Positions 30,926 through 41,111 of a stretch of DNA of 64,000 nt are shown piece after piece. The notes beneath the pieces were generated by a model, which made no database searches, was not told the origin of the DNA, and saw nothing but the letters and a program-made list of their open reading frames with translations. Origin of the DNA: Bradymonadia bacterium (GTDB lineage: Bacteria > Myxococcota_A > Bradymonadia > UBA7976 > UBA1532); the NCBI GenBank assembly GCA_046290225.1, contig JBKAGE010000046.1, positions 1 through 64,000 on the forward strand, read 5' to 3'. Numbering within the stretch: position 1 is the first letter of the stretch; the number at the start of each line of letters is the position of its first letter. Made by a program: the position numbers and the translations under genes.

Positions 30926-32080
30926 TCAGCGCCCGCTCACCGGTGGCCTCTGCAAGACTTCGGCATACAGGTTCGCAACCACTTTGGCCACAGCTTCGGG
31001 GCTGTGATGATCGTGCAGCCATCTGGCGCCTACCTGCGACCTCTCACGTGCCGCCTCAGGGCGCTCTGAGAGCAGCTCGCCGATGGCCTCGGTCCACGCA
31101 TCTGCATCCTTCACGGGGGCGAATCGGATGAAGCGCTCTTCAGGGTCGATCCCCCGGTGCCCGGGAATGTCCGAAGCCACCGCCCTGCAACCGCACGCCA
31201 GAGCCTCCCTCAGGCTGCGGGGTGATCCCTCGAAGAGTGAGGGGAACACGAACAGATCGGCCCGGCGATACCATCGAAGCAGATCCTGACGGGGCACCTT
31301 GCCGGGCATCTCGAGGTGAGGTGCCACCCCCGTCTCGTCGATGACCCGCTGTACCCAGGCCTTCTCCCAGGGGGCCACCTGACCGAGCATGACCAGCTTC
31401 AGGGTGGGCCAGCGCTTCGCCAGACGGGCCACGGCCTCAAAGAGGAAGTCCACCCCCTTGTTGCGGAAGATGATGCCCGTATACAGCAGCGTGGGCCCCT
31501 CATCTCGGGGCTGCGCGGCATCGACGGTGAAGGTCTCGGTGTCGATCTCCGAGGGCAGCCAGCTCACACGCTCCGGGGCCACCCCATGGCCTTCGATGAG
31601 ATCGTTTTCATGGCCGGGACCCAGCACCACCACCCGATCGGCGAGGGGGCACAGCCGCCGGTCACGCCAGAGGCCAATGGTGCGGATGATGCCATAGCGC
31701 CAGGAGTCCATCAGCTCTGTGGGGCGTACCCGGGTGTACCAGCCCCAGACCGTGGAGTACTGGGTGGTCACCAGTCGCAGCTTTCGCCCTTCAATCGGCG
31801 CCACCCGCTGAAAGAACGCCGACAGGTGCCCGAAGGTGTCGTGAACCACGTCCACAGCTCCAGCGCGGTGCAAGCGCTCGAGCAACGCCACCGCACGCTG
31901 GTGAAAACGGGGCTTGCCCAGCGCGTGTACCCGCAAGTTCGGGTAACGCGTCGGATCAGGCAGCATCTCTTCAGGCAGACGATCAGTGAGCAGATGCAGT
32001 CGCCCCACACAGCGGGACAACTCGGTGATCATGTGGAAGCGATCGCGGTAGGCAGGCAGGTCGATCAGGTTGATGGCCAC
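30926..32080 (-). CDS. Glycosyltransferase family 4 (GT-B)
   Basis: LYTG.I..NKG, ADLFVFPSLFEG.P..L.EALACG..AVASDI.G; start uncertain (GTG 32080; ORF open to 32188 overlapping wzc). Confidence 0.85.
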   Translation of the reverse strand: MAINLIDLPAYRDRFHMITELSRCVGRLHLLTDRLPEEMLPDPTRYPNLRVHALGKPRFHQRAVALLERLHRAGAVDVVHDTFGHLSAFFQRVAPIEGRKLRLVTTQYSTVWGWYTRVRPTELMDSWRYGIIRTIGLWRDRRLCPLADRVVVLGPGHENDLIEGHGVAPERVSWLPSEIDTETFTVDAAQPRDEGPTLLYTGIIFRNKGVDFLFEAVARLAKRWPTLKLVMLGQVAPWEKAWVQRVIDETGVAPHLEMPGKVPRQDLLRWYRRADLFVFPSLFEGSPRSLREALACGCRAVASDIPGHRGIDPEERFIRFAPVKDADAWTEAIGELLSERPEAARERSQVGARWLHDHHSPEAVAKVVANLYAEVLQRPPVSGR

Positions 32081-32096
32081 CCGCAGGTGAGCGGCC

Positions 32097-34289
32097 TCAG
32101 GCGCCAGCTTGGGTGCCCTCTTCGGTGCCGGGCTCGTCGCTGACGTAGGTGCCGTAGTAGCGGTAGTACCCATAGCGCTTCTGACCATACCCTCGGCGGT
32201 TCACGTCGAGGCCGTTGAGCAGCGCCCCGAGCACATTGGCGCCCACGTCCTTGAGCAGGCGGTGGGCCTTCTTCACCATCTCGCGGCTCGTCTCGCCGGC
32301 GCGGACCACCAGGATCGCCCCGTCGCACTGGTTCGCCAGAATCTGGGCATCGGTCACAGCGGCCACAGGGGGCGAATCGAAGATGACCCGGTCGTACTTC
32401 TCGAGCAGCCGGTCGAGGGTGCGACGGAAGGCCTGCGTGTGCAACAACTCCGCCGGGTTCGGCGGGATCGTGCCCGAGGTCAGCACGTGGAAGTTCTCCA
32501 CCCCGGTCTCTTCGGCCACGTCTTCCACCGGCAGCGTCGGATCCATCACCAGGTTGGTGAGGCCGTTCTCGTGGCTCATGTCGAAGATCTTGTGCACGCG
32601 GGGGCGACGCAGGTCCGAGTCGACCAACAGAATCTTAGAGCCCGAGAGGGCCATGGTGGCGGCGAGGTTCACGCTGCTGCTGGTCTTGCCTTCCCGTGGG
32701 CCGGCGCTGGTGATGAGCAGCGTGCGCATCTCGTTCTCGGGGGCCATGAACATGATGTTGGTCCGCACCGCCCTCGCGCACTCCGCCGCTGTCGATCTCG
32801 GATGATCGAGCACATAGCGATCCGGATTGAGTGGGGCGTCGCTTCGGCCCTTGAGCTTCTTCAGGTTGGCGAGGCTCGGGATCATGCCCAGAGCGGTGAT
32901 GCCCATCTCCTGCTCGAGCTGCTCCTGGCTCTTCACCGAGGCGTCGAGTCGATCGACGAGGAAGGCGAGACCCACCCCACCGAACAGGCTCAACATGAGG
33001 GCCACAGCCATGTTCAACACCAGCCGGGGGGCCACGGGGATCGTGGGCACCACAGCAGGGTCGAGCATACGCACGTTGTTGGCCTTGGCCTCTGCCTGCA
33101 GCTCCGCCTCTTTCAGGCGGGCGAGCATCTGGGCGTGCAGCTCCTTCTTGGTGGCCACTCGGGCCTCAAGCTGGCGGTAGGCGCGCTCGTACTCTGCGAG
33201 CTGCTGAGCCTCCCCCTTGATGCCGTCGAGCTGACGTTGGAGCGAGCGCTCGGTCTGCTGGGCCGCAGCGAGGTTCTTCTCCAAGAGGGCTCGGACCCCC
33301 TTCACCTCTCGACGCAGGGTCTTCTTCACCCGCTTGATCTTGCGATCGACGGCCTTCACGTCGGGGTGACCTTCGAGATAACGCTTGAGCAGCTCGGTGC
33401 GCTCGTTCTCAAGCCCCACCATCTGTTCTTTGAGGCGCTGGATCAGGCCATTGTCGAGGGCGCCGGCCATGATACTCTGGGCCTCATCGAGGCTCAGGGA
33501 CTTGACCTGATTGAGCACCGAGCCCACCCGCACGGTCTCCCCGTGGGCTTCACGCAGCTCGCGGCTGGCCTCCTGCAGGTTCTGGCCCACGAGATTCTGC
33601 TTGTCGGCCAGAGAGGCGGTGATGATGCCCCGAGACTTCTTGAACTCGAGGATCTCCTGCTCAGATGACGCCACCTCGTCTTCGAGGAGCTTCGCCTGCC
33701 GGGTCAGCCAGATGACCGCGTCCCGGGCCCCGGAGATTTTGCGATCGAGGTTGGCCTCGGCATAGGCCTCCACCAGTGTGTCGGCGATCTTCGCCGCTCG
33801 GGCAGGATCGTGATCCTTCACCCGAATCAGCACGATGTGGCTGCTGTCCACGGGCTCGATCTTCACCTTGCCCTGCAGCACGATGGCAGGGTCGATGCGC
33901 TCGAGCACTCGAGCCCTGCGCTCGGGCTCATCGATCTTGTTGATGCCCAGGAAGTCGAGATCGCGATCCAGGCCCATGCGCTCCACCACCATGGCGGCCA
34001 CCATGCGGCTGCGCAGGATCCGGTACTGCGTCTCGAAGTACTCCCGGGTGTTCCAGTAGTTCCCGGTGCCCAGGGAGATGACCTCCGATCCGGGGCGCCC
34101 AGGCAGATATTGCGGCGCGTGGGGGTCGATGACCATATGCGCCACCGCCTCGTAGATCTTCTGCTGCCGTTTGGTGATCACCATCGTGCAGGCGAGCACC
34201 AGGCCACAGAAGATGGCCACCAGCCATTTGTGCTTCCAGACGACGTGGAAATAGCTGAGCAATCCTTCGTCGCGATCCCCGTTCTCCAT
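32097..34289 (-). CDS. wzc: Polysaccharide co-polymerase with fused tyrosine autokinase
   Basis: Wzz-like N-terminus, coiled coil with YLEGHPDV, second TM, Walker A GPREGKT, DSDLRRP, FDSPP, Tyr-rich tail YGYYRYYGTY. Confidence 0.93.
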   Translation of the reverse strand: MENGDRDEGLLSYFHVVWKHKWLVAIFCGLVLACTMVITKRQQKIYEAVAHMVIDPHAPQYLPGRPGSEVISLGTGNYWNTREYFETQYRILRSRMVAAMVVERMGLDRDLDFLGINKIDEPERRARVLERIDPAIVLQGKVKIEPVDSSHIVLIRVKDHDPARAAKIADTLVEAYAEANLDRKISGARDAVIWLTRQAKLLEDEVASSEQEILEFKKSRGIITASLADKQNLVGQNLQEASRELREAHGETVRVGSVLNQVKSLSLDEAQSIMAGALDNGLIQRLKEQMVGLENERTELLKRYLEGHPDVKAVDRKIKRVKKTLRREVKGVRALLEKNLAAAQQTERSLQRQLDGIKGEAQQLAEYERAYRQLEARVATKKELHAQMLARLKEAELQAEAKANNVRMLDPAVVPTIPVAPRLVLNMAVALMLSLFGGVGLAFLVDRLDASVKSQEQLEQEMGITALGMIPSLANLKKLKGRSDAPLNPDRYVLDHPRSTAAECARAVRTNIMFMAPENEMRTLLITSAGPREGKTSSSVNLAATMALSGSKILLVDSDLRRPRVHKIFDMSHENGLTNLVMDPTLPVEDVAEETGVENFHVLTSGTIPPNPAELLHTQAFRRTLDRLLEKYDRVIFDSPPVAAVTDAQILANQCDGAILVVRAGETSREMVKKAHRLLKDVGANVLGALLNGLDVNRRGYGQKRYGYYRYYGTYVSDEPGTEEGTQAGA

Positions 34290-35629
34290 CAGAGCTTGAC
34301 CACCTTCTCCATCACCGCCGCCGCAGCGTCGCTGCGGCCGGTGAGGTTGCGGGTGTCGACGATGCGCTGACACCGGGTGAGGATCTGATCGGCGTCGAAG
34401 TACCGATGATCGGTGACGATGACGGCGCAGTCGTAGTCGGCCATGGCCTCATAATCGAGGGGAACCGACTCAAGGGTCATCTGCCCGCCGTGGCCACCGA
34501 GGCCGATGCGGGGCACGAAGTCGTCCTGGTAGTCCACCTCAGCCCCACGCTTGAGCAGACCCTCGATGACCGGGATCGCCGGGGACTCGCGCCAGTCGGT
34601 GATGTCGCGCTTGTAGGCAGCACCGAGCACCAGCACCCTGCTGCCCCGCAGAGGTTTGGCGTCGAGGTTCAGGGCCATGCCCACCTTGTCGACGACGTAC
34701 TCGGGCATGGCGGAGTTGATGTCGTCGGCGAGCTCGATGAACCGGGTGCGGTAGTTCAGCGTCTTGAGCTTCCAGCTCAGGTAGTGCGGATCGATGGGGA
34801 TGCAGTGACCGCCGAGACCGGGGCCCGGGTAGAAGGGCATGAAGCCAAAGGGCTTCGAAGCGGCGGCGTTGATGATCTCCCACACGTCGAGGTCGAGCTT
34901 GTCGGCGATGATGGCGATCTCGTTCACCAACCCGATGTTCACTGCCCGGAAGGTGTTCTCCAGCAGCTTCACCATCTCCGCAGCGGTGGGGCTGCTCACG
35001 GTGATCACCTTGTCGACGATGGCCCCATAGAGCACCTGAGCGGCCTCGGAGCACTCCGGGCTCACGCCGCCGATGATCTTGGGGGTGTTCTTGACGTTGT
35101 AGATGGGGTTGCCCGGATCGATGCGCTCGGGGCTGAAGGCGAGGTGTACCTCTCGGCCCACCTTCCAGCCCTTGGGCGTCAGCGCCTCTTCGAGGGCCGG
35201 GGCCACCACCTCGATGGTGGTGCCGGGGTAGGTGGTGCTCTCGAGCACGATGACCTGGCCGGGGCGCAGGTGCTCCCTGATCTGCCGCGTGGCCTCGACG
35301 ATGTAGCTGATGTCGGGGTCCCGGGTTTTTCTCAGGGGCGTGGGTACGCAGACGCTGATGGCGTCGCATTCCTCGAGGCGGCTGAAGTCGAGGGTGGCCT
35401 CGAACTTCTTGGCGAGCACGAGCTGCGCCACGTCGGCGGCGGGCACGTCGGAGATGTACGACTCTCCCGCCATGAGAGCGTCGACCTTCTTGGAATCGAC
35501 CTCGAAGCCGATGACGTGGTACCCGGCGTCGCCGAAGGCCGTGGCCAGGGGCAAGCCCACATAGCCGAGGCCGATGACCCCCACCTTGGCCTCACGGCTG
35601 CTCAGACGCTCGATCAGTGCATTGCTCAT
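34289..35629 (-). CDS. Nucleotide-sugar dehydrogenase (UDP-GlcNAc/ManNAc 6-dehydrogenase, WbpA/WecC-like)
   Basis: GLGYVGLP, CVPTP, ESTTYPGTT, SPERIDPG, KLLENTFR, GPGLGGHCIPIDP. Confidence 0.93.
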   Translation of the reverse strand: MSNALIERLSSREAKVGVIGLGYVGLPLATAFGDAGYHVIGFEVDSKKVDALMAGESYISDVPAADVAQLVLAKKFEATLDFSRLEECDAISVCVPTPLRKTRDPDISYIVEATRQIREHLRPGQVIVLESTTYPGTTIEVVAPALEEALTPKGWKVGREVHLAFSPERIDPGNPIYNVKNTPKIIGGVSPECSEAAQVLYGAIVDKVITVSSPTAAEMVKLLENTFRAVNIGLVNEIAIIADKLDLDVWEIINAAASKPFGFMPFYPGPGLGGHCIPIDPHYLSWKLKTLNYRTRFIELADDINSAMPEYVVDKVGMALNLDAKPLRGSRVLVLGAAYKRDITDWRESPAIPVIEGLLKRGAEVDYQDDFVPRIGLGGHGGQMTLESVPLDYEAMADYDCAVIVTDHRYFDADQILTRCQRIVDTRNLTGRSDAAAAVMEKVVKL

Positions 35630-35636
35630 ACTCACC

Positions 35637-36578
35637 TCAGGCTTGGAGTCCGCGGTGCCACTCCACCGTACGGGCCAGCCCCTCTTTGAGGCTGATCTGG
35701 GCGGTGTAGCCCAGAGCCTCGGCGGCGGCAACCGTATCGGCACAGGAGTCCCGGACATCACCGGGGCGGGGTTCGATGTGTGTAGGTTCGATGGTGGTCC
35801 CCAGGATCTCGTTGAGCAGGGTGACCAGATCTTGAACTGAGGCCCGCTGACCACAGGCGGCGTTGTAGATGCGCCCACAGGCAGAGGCCGGCGCCGACAA
35901 CGCAGCGAGGTTGGCCTGGACCACGTTGTCGATGAACGTAAAGTCTCGAGATTGCAGGCCGTCACCGTGGATCACTGGCGCGTCGCCTCCAAGCATGCGG
36001 GAGACGAAGGCGGCGATGACGGCGGCGTAGGCGCTCTTGGGATCCTGGCGGGGACCAAAGACGTTGAAGTAGCGCAGGCCGATGGTCTCGAGACCATAGA
36101 GGTGGTTGTAGACCTGGCAGTAGTACTCACCGGTGAGCTTTTGTACGGCGTACGGGCTCAACGGGTTGGGCACCATGTCTTCACGCTTCTGATCGGCCTC
36201 TTGATCACCGTAGGCGCTCGACGAAGCAGCGTAGACCACCCGCTTGACCGCGTGGCGTCGGGCCCCTTCGAGCAGGCTGAGGGTGCCCACGATGTTGTTG
36301 AGATGAGACTTGTCGGGCCACCGGATCGACTTGGGCACCGAGGGCATGGCTGCCTGGTGCAACACTGCCGTAGCCCCCTCAAGGGCGCGATCCACAGCGG
36401 TCGTGTCGGTGAGGCAGCCTTCGACCACCTGCACCCGATCACCAAGGTGGCCCAGGTTGGCCCGATGCCCAGTGGAGAAGTTGTCGAGGATCACCACCTG
36501 ATCACCCCGCTCGACCAGCGCGGTCGCCAAGTGTGATCCGATGAAGCCTGCACCTCCGGTGACCGCGATCCGGGCCAT
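35637..36578 (-). CDS. NAD-dependent epimerase (WbpP-like UDP-HexNAc 4-epimerase)
   Basis: TGGAGFIGS, HQAA.PSVP.S, ASSSAYG, SPYAVQK, LRYFNVFGPRQDP, GDG.QSRDFT. Confidence 0.92.
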   Translation of the reverse strand: MARIAVTGGAGFIGSHLATALVERGDQVVILDNFSTGHRANLGHLGDRVQVVEGCLTDTTAVDRALEGATAVLHQAAMPSVPKSIRWPDKSHLNNIVGTLSLLEGARRHAVKRVVYAASSSAYGDQEADQKREDMVPNPLSPYAVQKLTGEYYCQVYNHLYGLETIGLRYFNVFGPRQDPKSAYAAVIAAFVSRMLGGDAPVIHGDGLQSRDFTFIDNVVQANLAALSAPASACGRIYNAACGQRASVQDLVTLLNEILGTTIEPTHIEPRPGDVRDSCADTVAAAEALGYTAQISLKEGLARTVEWHRGLQA

Positions 36579-36791
36579 TGAGCACTCCCCTCGTTGAGCT
36601 TGTCGTCGCCGCTGAGCCAAAGCTCTCGTCGGCGTCACCCTTCTTTGACCCTGAGGCCTCTACAGGTGTCCCACGGAAAACACCAGAGGGTGGTTGTCAC
36701 CATAAGTCGGCCTTGCGCATGGTCGACTGAAGCAGAATCATCCGCGGTTCGAGCCTCGTCGAGACCTCTGTGTTGTATCAGGGAGAGCCCC

Positions 36792-37715
36792 ATGGCACGA
36801 AATTGTGTGAGCGCCGCCATGGAAGCCGTCCTCACGGCCCTGCGACGCTGGCGCCGAGGCGAGCCGCCTGGCCCGGTCTCCGATGCGTCGCTCGTCCTCG
36901 CCGAGGCCCACGGTCTGCTGGCGTGTCTGCATCACATCGGCGCGGATTTAAGCCCCACGGGGGCCCAGCGGGCAGAGCACGCCTGGTTCCAGAACACGGC
37001 CGCCCACATGCTGCGTATGCGCACGCTGGGCGATGTCTGGCCAGACTGGGCCCCACCCCCGATGATCATCAAGGGCGCTGACCTGTCAGAGATGCTCTAC
37101 GGTGATCCCGGGGTGCGTCGCAGCGCAGATCTCGACTTGTTGTTGCCTGATCCGATGTTCGAGCCTGTGTGCGCTCACCTCACCTCTTGTGCAGAAGAAG
37201 TCCGTACCCCCACGACCCGTGTGGCCACGTCACGTATCCACGAGAAGGGTTTTGTCTTCACCACCGGGCGGCATCGGGTGGTGCTCGAGCTGCACCGTGA
37301 TGCCCAACCGCGCTGGCGAGGGCCTCTTCGCGGCACCGAGCTGTGGTTGAGGTCGAGCGTTCGAGGTCCCTATCGCGCACCGAGCCCGTCGGATCGGCTG
37401 CTCCTCTGGCTTACGAACCTCGCCAACGATGGCTGCCTCGATCGCCTGCGGGACTGGCTCGATCTCGCGGTGCTCCTGGATACGCTCCCTATGTCTCCGT
37501 CTCTGGACAATCACATCGCCGAGGCTGGCCTGAGGCACCCCTGGCACCTGGCTCAGATCCGCCTGGCACAAACCGGGTTGGGCGTTGTTGGGCATGGCTC
37601 GGGATCTGCCCGAGCAATCAACCGGACCTTGCCCCACCCCTGCAGGGACGATCCCTACGCGGGTGAGCCTCGCCGTGCACGACAGGGGGTCAAGGTGTGG
37701 ATGATGGGATGGTGA
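36792..37715 (+). CDS. Uncharacterised nucleotidyltransferase-family protein (NTP_transf_5-like)
   Basis: IKG.DL...LY.DP..R.S.DLDLL, LELH, L..WLDL; start uncertain (36792 or 36819). Confidence 0.7.
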   Translation: MARNCVSAAMEAVLTALRRWRRGEPPGPVSDASLVLAEAHGLLACLHHIGADLSPTGAQRAEHAWFQNTAAHMLRMRTLGDVWPDWAPPPMIIKGADLSEMLYGDPGVRRSADLDLLLPDPMFEPVCAHLTSCAEEVRTPTTRVATSRIHEKGFVFTTGRHRVVLELHRDAQPRWRGPLRGTELWLRSSVRGPYRAPSPSDRLLLWLTNLANDGCLDRLRDWLDLAVLLDTLPMSPSLDNHIAEAGLRHPWHLAQIRLAQTGLGVVGHGSGSARAINRTLPHPCRDDPYAGEPRRARQGVKVWMMGW

Positions 37716-38078
37716 GTTGTCGAATTGGGCAGTGACGAAGGTTGGGCTGGGGCTTTGTAGGCAGTCGTCGCTTCGCTCCGCCTGCGTAGGCGCCCGGCCT
37801 TCGGCACATCTTCGATGCGCCTCGTCTGGCGCGTACACGTCGGCGGCCTCGCTGGCGCGAGCAGGCCTCCGGGTAGGCAGGGTCGCTCAGGGCTGTCGCC
37901 CTTCTCGCTCGCTCCCCTGCGTAAAGAGCTTCTTCTGTATCTCGTCACTGAACTCCGCGGGGATTCGATCTACCGCGAACCTGCAAGTGCTCAGCATCAA
38001 CGCTGGGCATAAGCCTCAATGACATTGGCCTGCTACCAACGACTCAACACAGCCACCATCCAAGTCAGAGAAGTGTAG

Positions 38079-38145
38079 TGCACGTGCAGTGCGGAGCCGT
38101 AGCGGCGGAGCAAAAGGGCGACTGACGCCGCCGTAGCGGCGGAGC
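38079..38145 (-). repeat. 67-bp internally deleted copy of the hairpin repeat family at the wza stop
   Basis: Minus strand GCTCCGCCGCTACGGCGGCGTCAGTCGCC matches the outer end; CTCCGCACTGCACGTGCA matches the inner end. Confidence 0.65.
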
Positions 38146-38765
38146 TAGAGCCAGGTCTGGGGGACAAAGATGATGTCGCCGGGTTTGAGCTCGATGTTTT
38201 GAGCTTGACCCTTCCCGATCTTCTCGACGGGGACCACGAACTTCTTCTCGCGCTCACCTCGGCGTCGGGTCACCACCGTCTTGTCTTTATCGGCGAGGTT
38301 CTTGAAGCCACCCGCCAGGGTGATCGCCTGCACGATGGTCATGTCGTCCTCGAAGGGGAAGGTGCCCGGCTTGTTCACCTCACCGAGCACGAAGACCTTC
38401 TTCGAGTTGAACTCTTTGACGAAGACGCTCACCTGCGGATCGCGCAGATATTGAGTCGACAAGCGCTCGGTGATCACCTTCGCCAGCGATGAGGGGGTCT
38501 CACCATCGGCCTTGACCTGTCCGATGAGCGGGAAGTCGAAGGTGCCGTCAGAGCCCACCCGGTAAGTGCCAGAGAGCTCCTTCTCCTGATATACGCGCAC
38601 TTCGAAGACATCGCTGGGGCCCAGCGTCGCCGCCGGCAGCTCAGGCATGGGGGGCAACGTGGTGTCGCCCTTATCGGTGACCTGTTGCTCTGTGACCCCA
38701 GAGCCACCGCCACATGCAGTGAAGAGGAAGATCCCAGCGAGCGTGATGAGGTAGGCCTTGAGCAT
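38145..38765 (-). CDS. wza: Short polysaccharide export (OPX/Wza-like) lipoprotein
   Basis: Lipobox FTA-C, LGP.D...V.V, G...FPLIG.V, Y...PQVSV.V, VLGEV.KPG, L.PGD.I.VP; no C-terminal OM helix. Confidence 0.9.
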   Translation of the reverse strand: MLKAYLITLAGIFLFTACGGGSGVTEQQVTDKGDTTLPPMPELPAATLGPSDVFEVRVYQEKELSGTYRVGSDGTFDFPLIGQVKADGETPSSLAKVITERLSTQYLRDPQVSVFVKEFNSKKVFVLGEVNKPGTFPFEDDMTIVQAITLAGGFKNLADKDKTVVTRRRGEREKKFVVPVEKIGKGQAQNIELKPGDIIFVPQTWL

Positions 38766-38775
38766 CGTGTGCCTC

Positions 38776-40119
38776 TCAGTACCGTGCCTCGACCTGCAAC
38801 ATGGTCAGCTGCCGAGTATATGCCGCCTGGTCCTGCTCGTTGACAGGGGCGTTGGTGGGTGAAACGAAGTCAGTGGCGTTGTCTTCGAAGGCCCAGACCA
38901 CCTTCACCTGCATCCAGGACTGAAGGTTGTAGCCCAGCTCTGCCCGGGCTCGGAGGATCGGATCCTCGCGAGAGGGCACGTTGGCTCGACGACCAGAATC
39001 GCTGTAGTCGTAGATGTTGTAGCCCAGCTTCGTCTTGACGAAGACCTTCTGGAAGTACAGGTCCAGTGCCGTGTAGGCACCGCGCTGCACCACGTAGTTC
39101 GAGAAGTTGCTTCCGCTCACGTTCCACTCAGCGCCAGCGGTGAAGGCCAGGCTGGGCTGGAGCTTGTACTGGAACTCCGCGAGACCCACAAAGCCGCTGT
39201 AGGACGCCCCTTCGTCATTGAAGGTGTTGGCGTACCCTGCCCGCAGGTTGGTGGAGATCCGTCGGGAGATCAGACCCTGCAAGCCCAGCTGCACCGTCAG
39301 AGGCTTACCGTCGCGTGTGGGATCCGCCACCGAGTTTCCAGCCTCGTCGGTGCCCGAAAAGCTCTCGCCGTAGTCCGCAAAGGACCACTGCACGTCAAGG
39401 AGGGCCGTGGTCTTCGGGAACAGCTTCAGCCGCGTCAACAGCCGGGTCTTGTGCGTGGTCATCTGTGCTCGACCGGCGTTGATCGCCGAGGCGTCGAAGA
39501 ACGAGATGGTGTGCAGGCGATAACCGAGGCTCATCGACAGCGCCCGGGCGAGCGGGTTGCTACCGGGCTGGAAGATGACGTCACCACCGATTTGGTTGTC
39601 GAGCTTCTCGAAGCCGATGACGGTGACCTCGAGGGCAGGCGTGTCGCTGAAGCGCAGACGCTCCACCAGGCGGAAGGCCACACTGTTCTTGGGGAACAGG
39701 GTCAAGCGACCATCGATGGAGCCAGACTCCACCCCATTGCGGGCGTTGACTGCATCTTCTTGCTGAAGGCGCTGGGCCTGCGTCTCTGCATTGGGCTCGA
39801 AGCCCGTGTACTGACGGAGGTTGATGCCCAAACCCAACTGCAACTTCATCTTGTTGGCGTTGCGGTTCTCGGCCTCAAGTGAACCACCGAACTTGAAGAC
39901 CGCGGCCCCGTCGGGGTTCTCGGTCTGTTGAGCGCCGGTGTCGTTCTCGTAGAAGATGTTGTCGTCCCAGCCGGCGGCGAAGAAGGCCCCGGGGTGCAGC
40001 ACGAAGTTGCCTGCCTGGATGCCCCGCTGCGCTGACTGTGCCGAGGCCCACTGCGGGCTGGCAAGTGCTGCGAAGAGGAAAAGCCCCAAGGGGGTAAGCT
40101 GTCGTCTTGCCCTGGTCAT
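38776..40119 (-). CDS. Outer-membrane beta-barrel partner of short OPX (EpsX/Wzp-like)
   Basis: Signal peptide, LHPG......G.DDN.F start, amphipathic strands, terminal aromatic (EARY), adjacent to short OPX. Confidence 0.75.
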   Translation of the reverse strand: MTRARRQLTPLGLFLFAALASPQWASAQSAQRGIQAGNFVLHPGAFFAAGWDDNIFYENDTGAQQTENPDGAAVFKFGGSLEAENRNANKMKLQLGLGINLRQYTGFEPNAETQAQRLQQEDAVNARNGVESGSIDGRLTLFPKNSVAFRLVERLRFSDTPALEVTVIGFEKLDNQIGGDVIFQPGSNPLARALSMSLGYRLHTISFFDASAINAGRAQMTTHKTRLLTRLKLFPKTTALLDVQWSFADYGESFSGTDEAGNSVADPTRDGKPLTVQLGLQGLISRRISTNLRAGYANTFNDEGASYSGFVGLAEFQYKLQPSLAFTAGAEWNVSGSNFSNYVVQRGAYTALDLYFQKVFVKTKLGYNIYDYSDSGRRANVPSREDPILRARAELGYNLQSWMQVKVVWAFEDNATDFVSPTNAPVNEQDQAAYTRQLTMLQVEARY

Positions 40120-40168
40120 CCGTGACCTCGTGTGCCGGCGTCGGCAACGTCGTGTTCAGTGCTCAGCG

Positions 40169-40759
40169 TCACTCGTCGGGGCTGACCACGGTGGGCCGAT
40201 CGAGCTCGATGGGCGGCAGCGTCAGAGCCGCCTGCTCATCAGGCTGATCGGTACGGATCGCCTCGTCGATGATCCGCTCGACCTGTGTGTCGCCGGTGTA
40301 CTGACTCGAAGCCCCCACACAGCCGGAGATCTCCACGCGGAAGTTCTCTGCGCGGACGGCGGCGATGGAGATCTTGGTGAACTCGTGATCGATCAGCTCC
40401 TGGTCGCCTCGAGCGATGGCTTCACGCATCGAGACGTCAGCCTGCTCGGCGATCTTGAGCAGCCCCTTGATCGCGGAGAGCTTGTCCGAGATGCAGTTGA
40501 GCTGAACGAAGTCTTTCTTCTCGCTGGCGGACTCTCGACTGTTGAAGGCGAGGTCGAGGACCCCCTTCATCTTTTCGATGTCGCCCACCGCGGACTGCAT
40601 CTTTTGATCGTTCGACAGGCGGCTGGCCCGTTCGAAGCTGCGCTCGATCTGGGGCCCCTGAGCCAGGGTGGTGCTGGCCCCAGCCAACAGCGCAACGATA
40701 GTGATCAACCCACGGGCCGACCACCGCTTCATTGCTCGCTGGGGATTGTTCTGGCGCAT
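40169..40759 (-). CDS. Secreted/periplasmic helical hypothetical protein with two Cys
   Basis: AGGAG RBS, signal peptide ending TLA-Q, KKD.V.LNC..DKL..IKGLL, HEFTKI..A; host-like codon use. Confidence 0.75.
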   Translation of the reverse strand: MRQNNPQRAMKRWSARGLITIVALLAGASTTLAQGPQIERSFERASRLSNDQKMQSAVGDIEKMKGVLDLAFNSRESASEKKDFVQLNCISDKLSAIKGLLKIAEQADVSMREAIARGDQELIDHEFTKISIAAVRAENFRVEISGCVGASSQYTGDTQVERIIDEAIRTDQPDEQAALTLPPIELDRPTVVSPDE

Positions 40760-41111
40760 GACCTGGACTCCTTGTGAGCTCTACTGCATGCATTGAGACC
40801 CCAGACCAGGGCCCCGTGGCTCAAATTCGACCAATCTTTCTAGCAGAAATTTCTGCCTGCAGATCGTCGAGCTTGCCGAGCACACGAGGGCCTACATGAT
40901 TCCAGGGTGTAATCAGTAAAGACCCACTGAGCTTTTCGGCGTTTCAGCTGCGGGACCTTAGTACAGGTCGCAGGTAAATCGCCACTTTGAACGCACTTGC
41001 ACCACGAAGTCTTCATCGTGCTCCTCGGTGGGCTCAAAACACTCAATGTTAAGGAAAATATCGAAGGAGAGCGGCAGGCGGAGGGGCGTCGAGCGTGTGA
41101 GGCGGGCTCAC

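Noticed and set aside
36792..36806. TGGCACGAAATTGT as a sigma54 promoter
   Set aside because: GG-N10-GC spacing not satisfied, and it overlaps a candidate start codon
37717..38078. Small ORFs and weak stems between the nucleotidyltransferase and wza
   Set aside because: No RBS or motifs; may be decayed repeat DNA but I could not align it confidently
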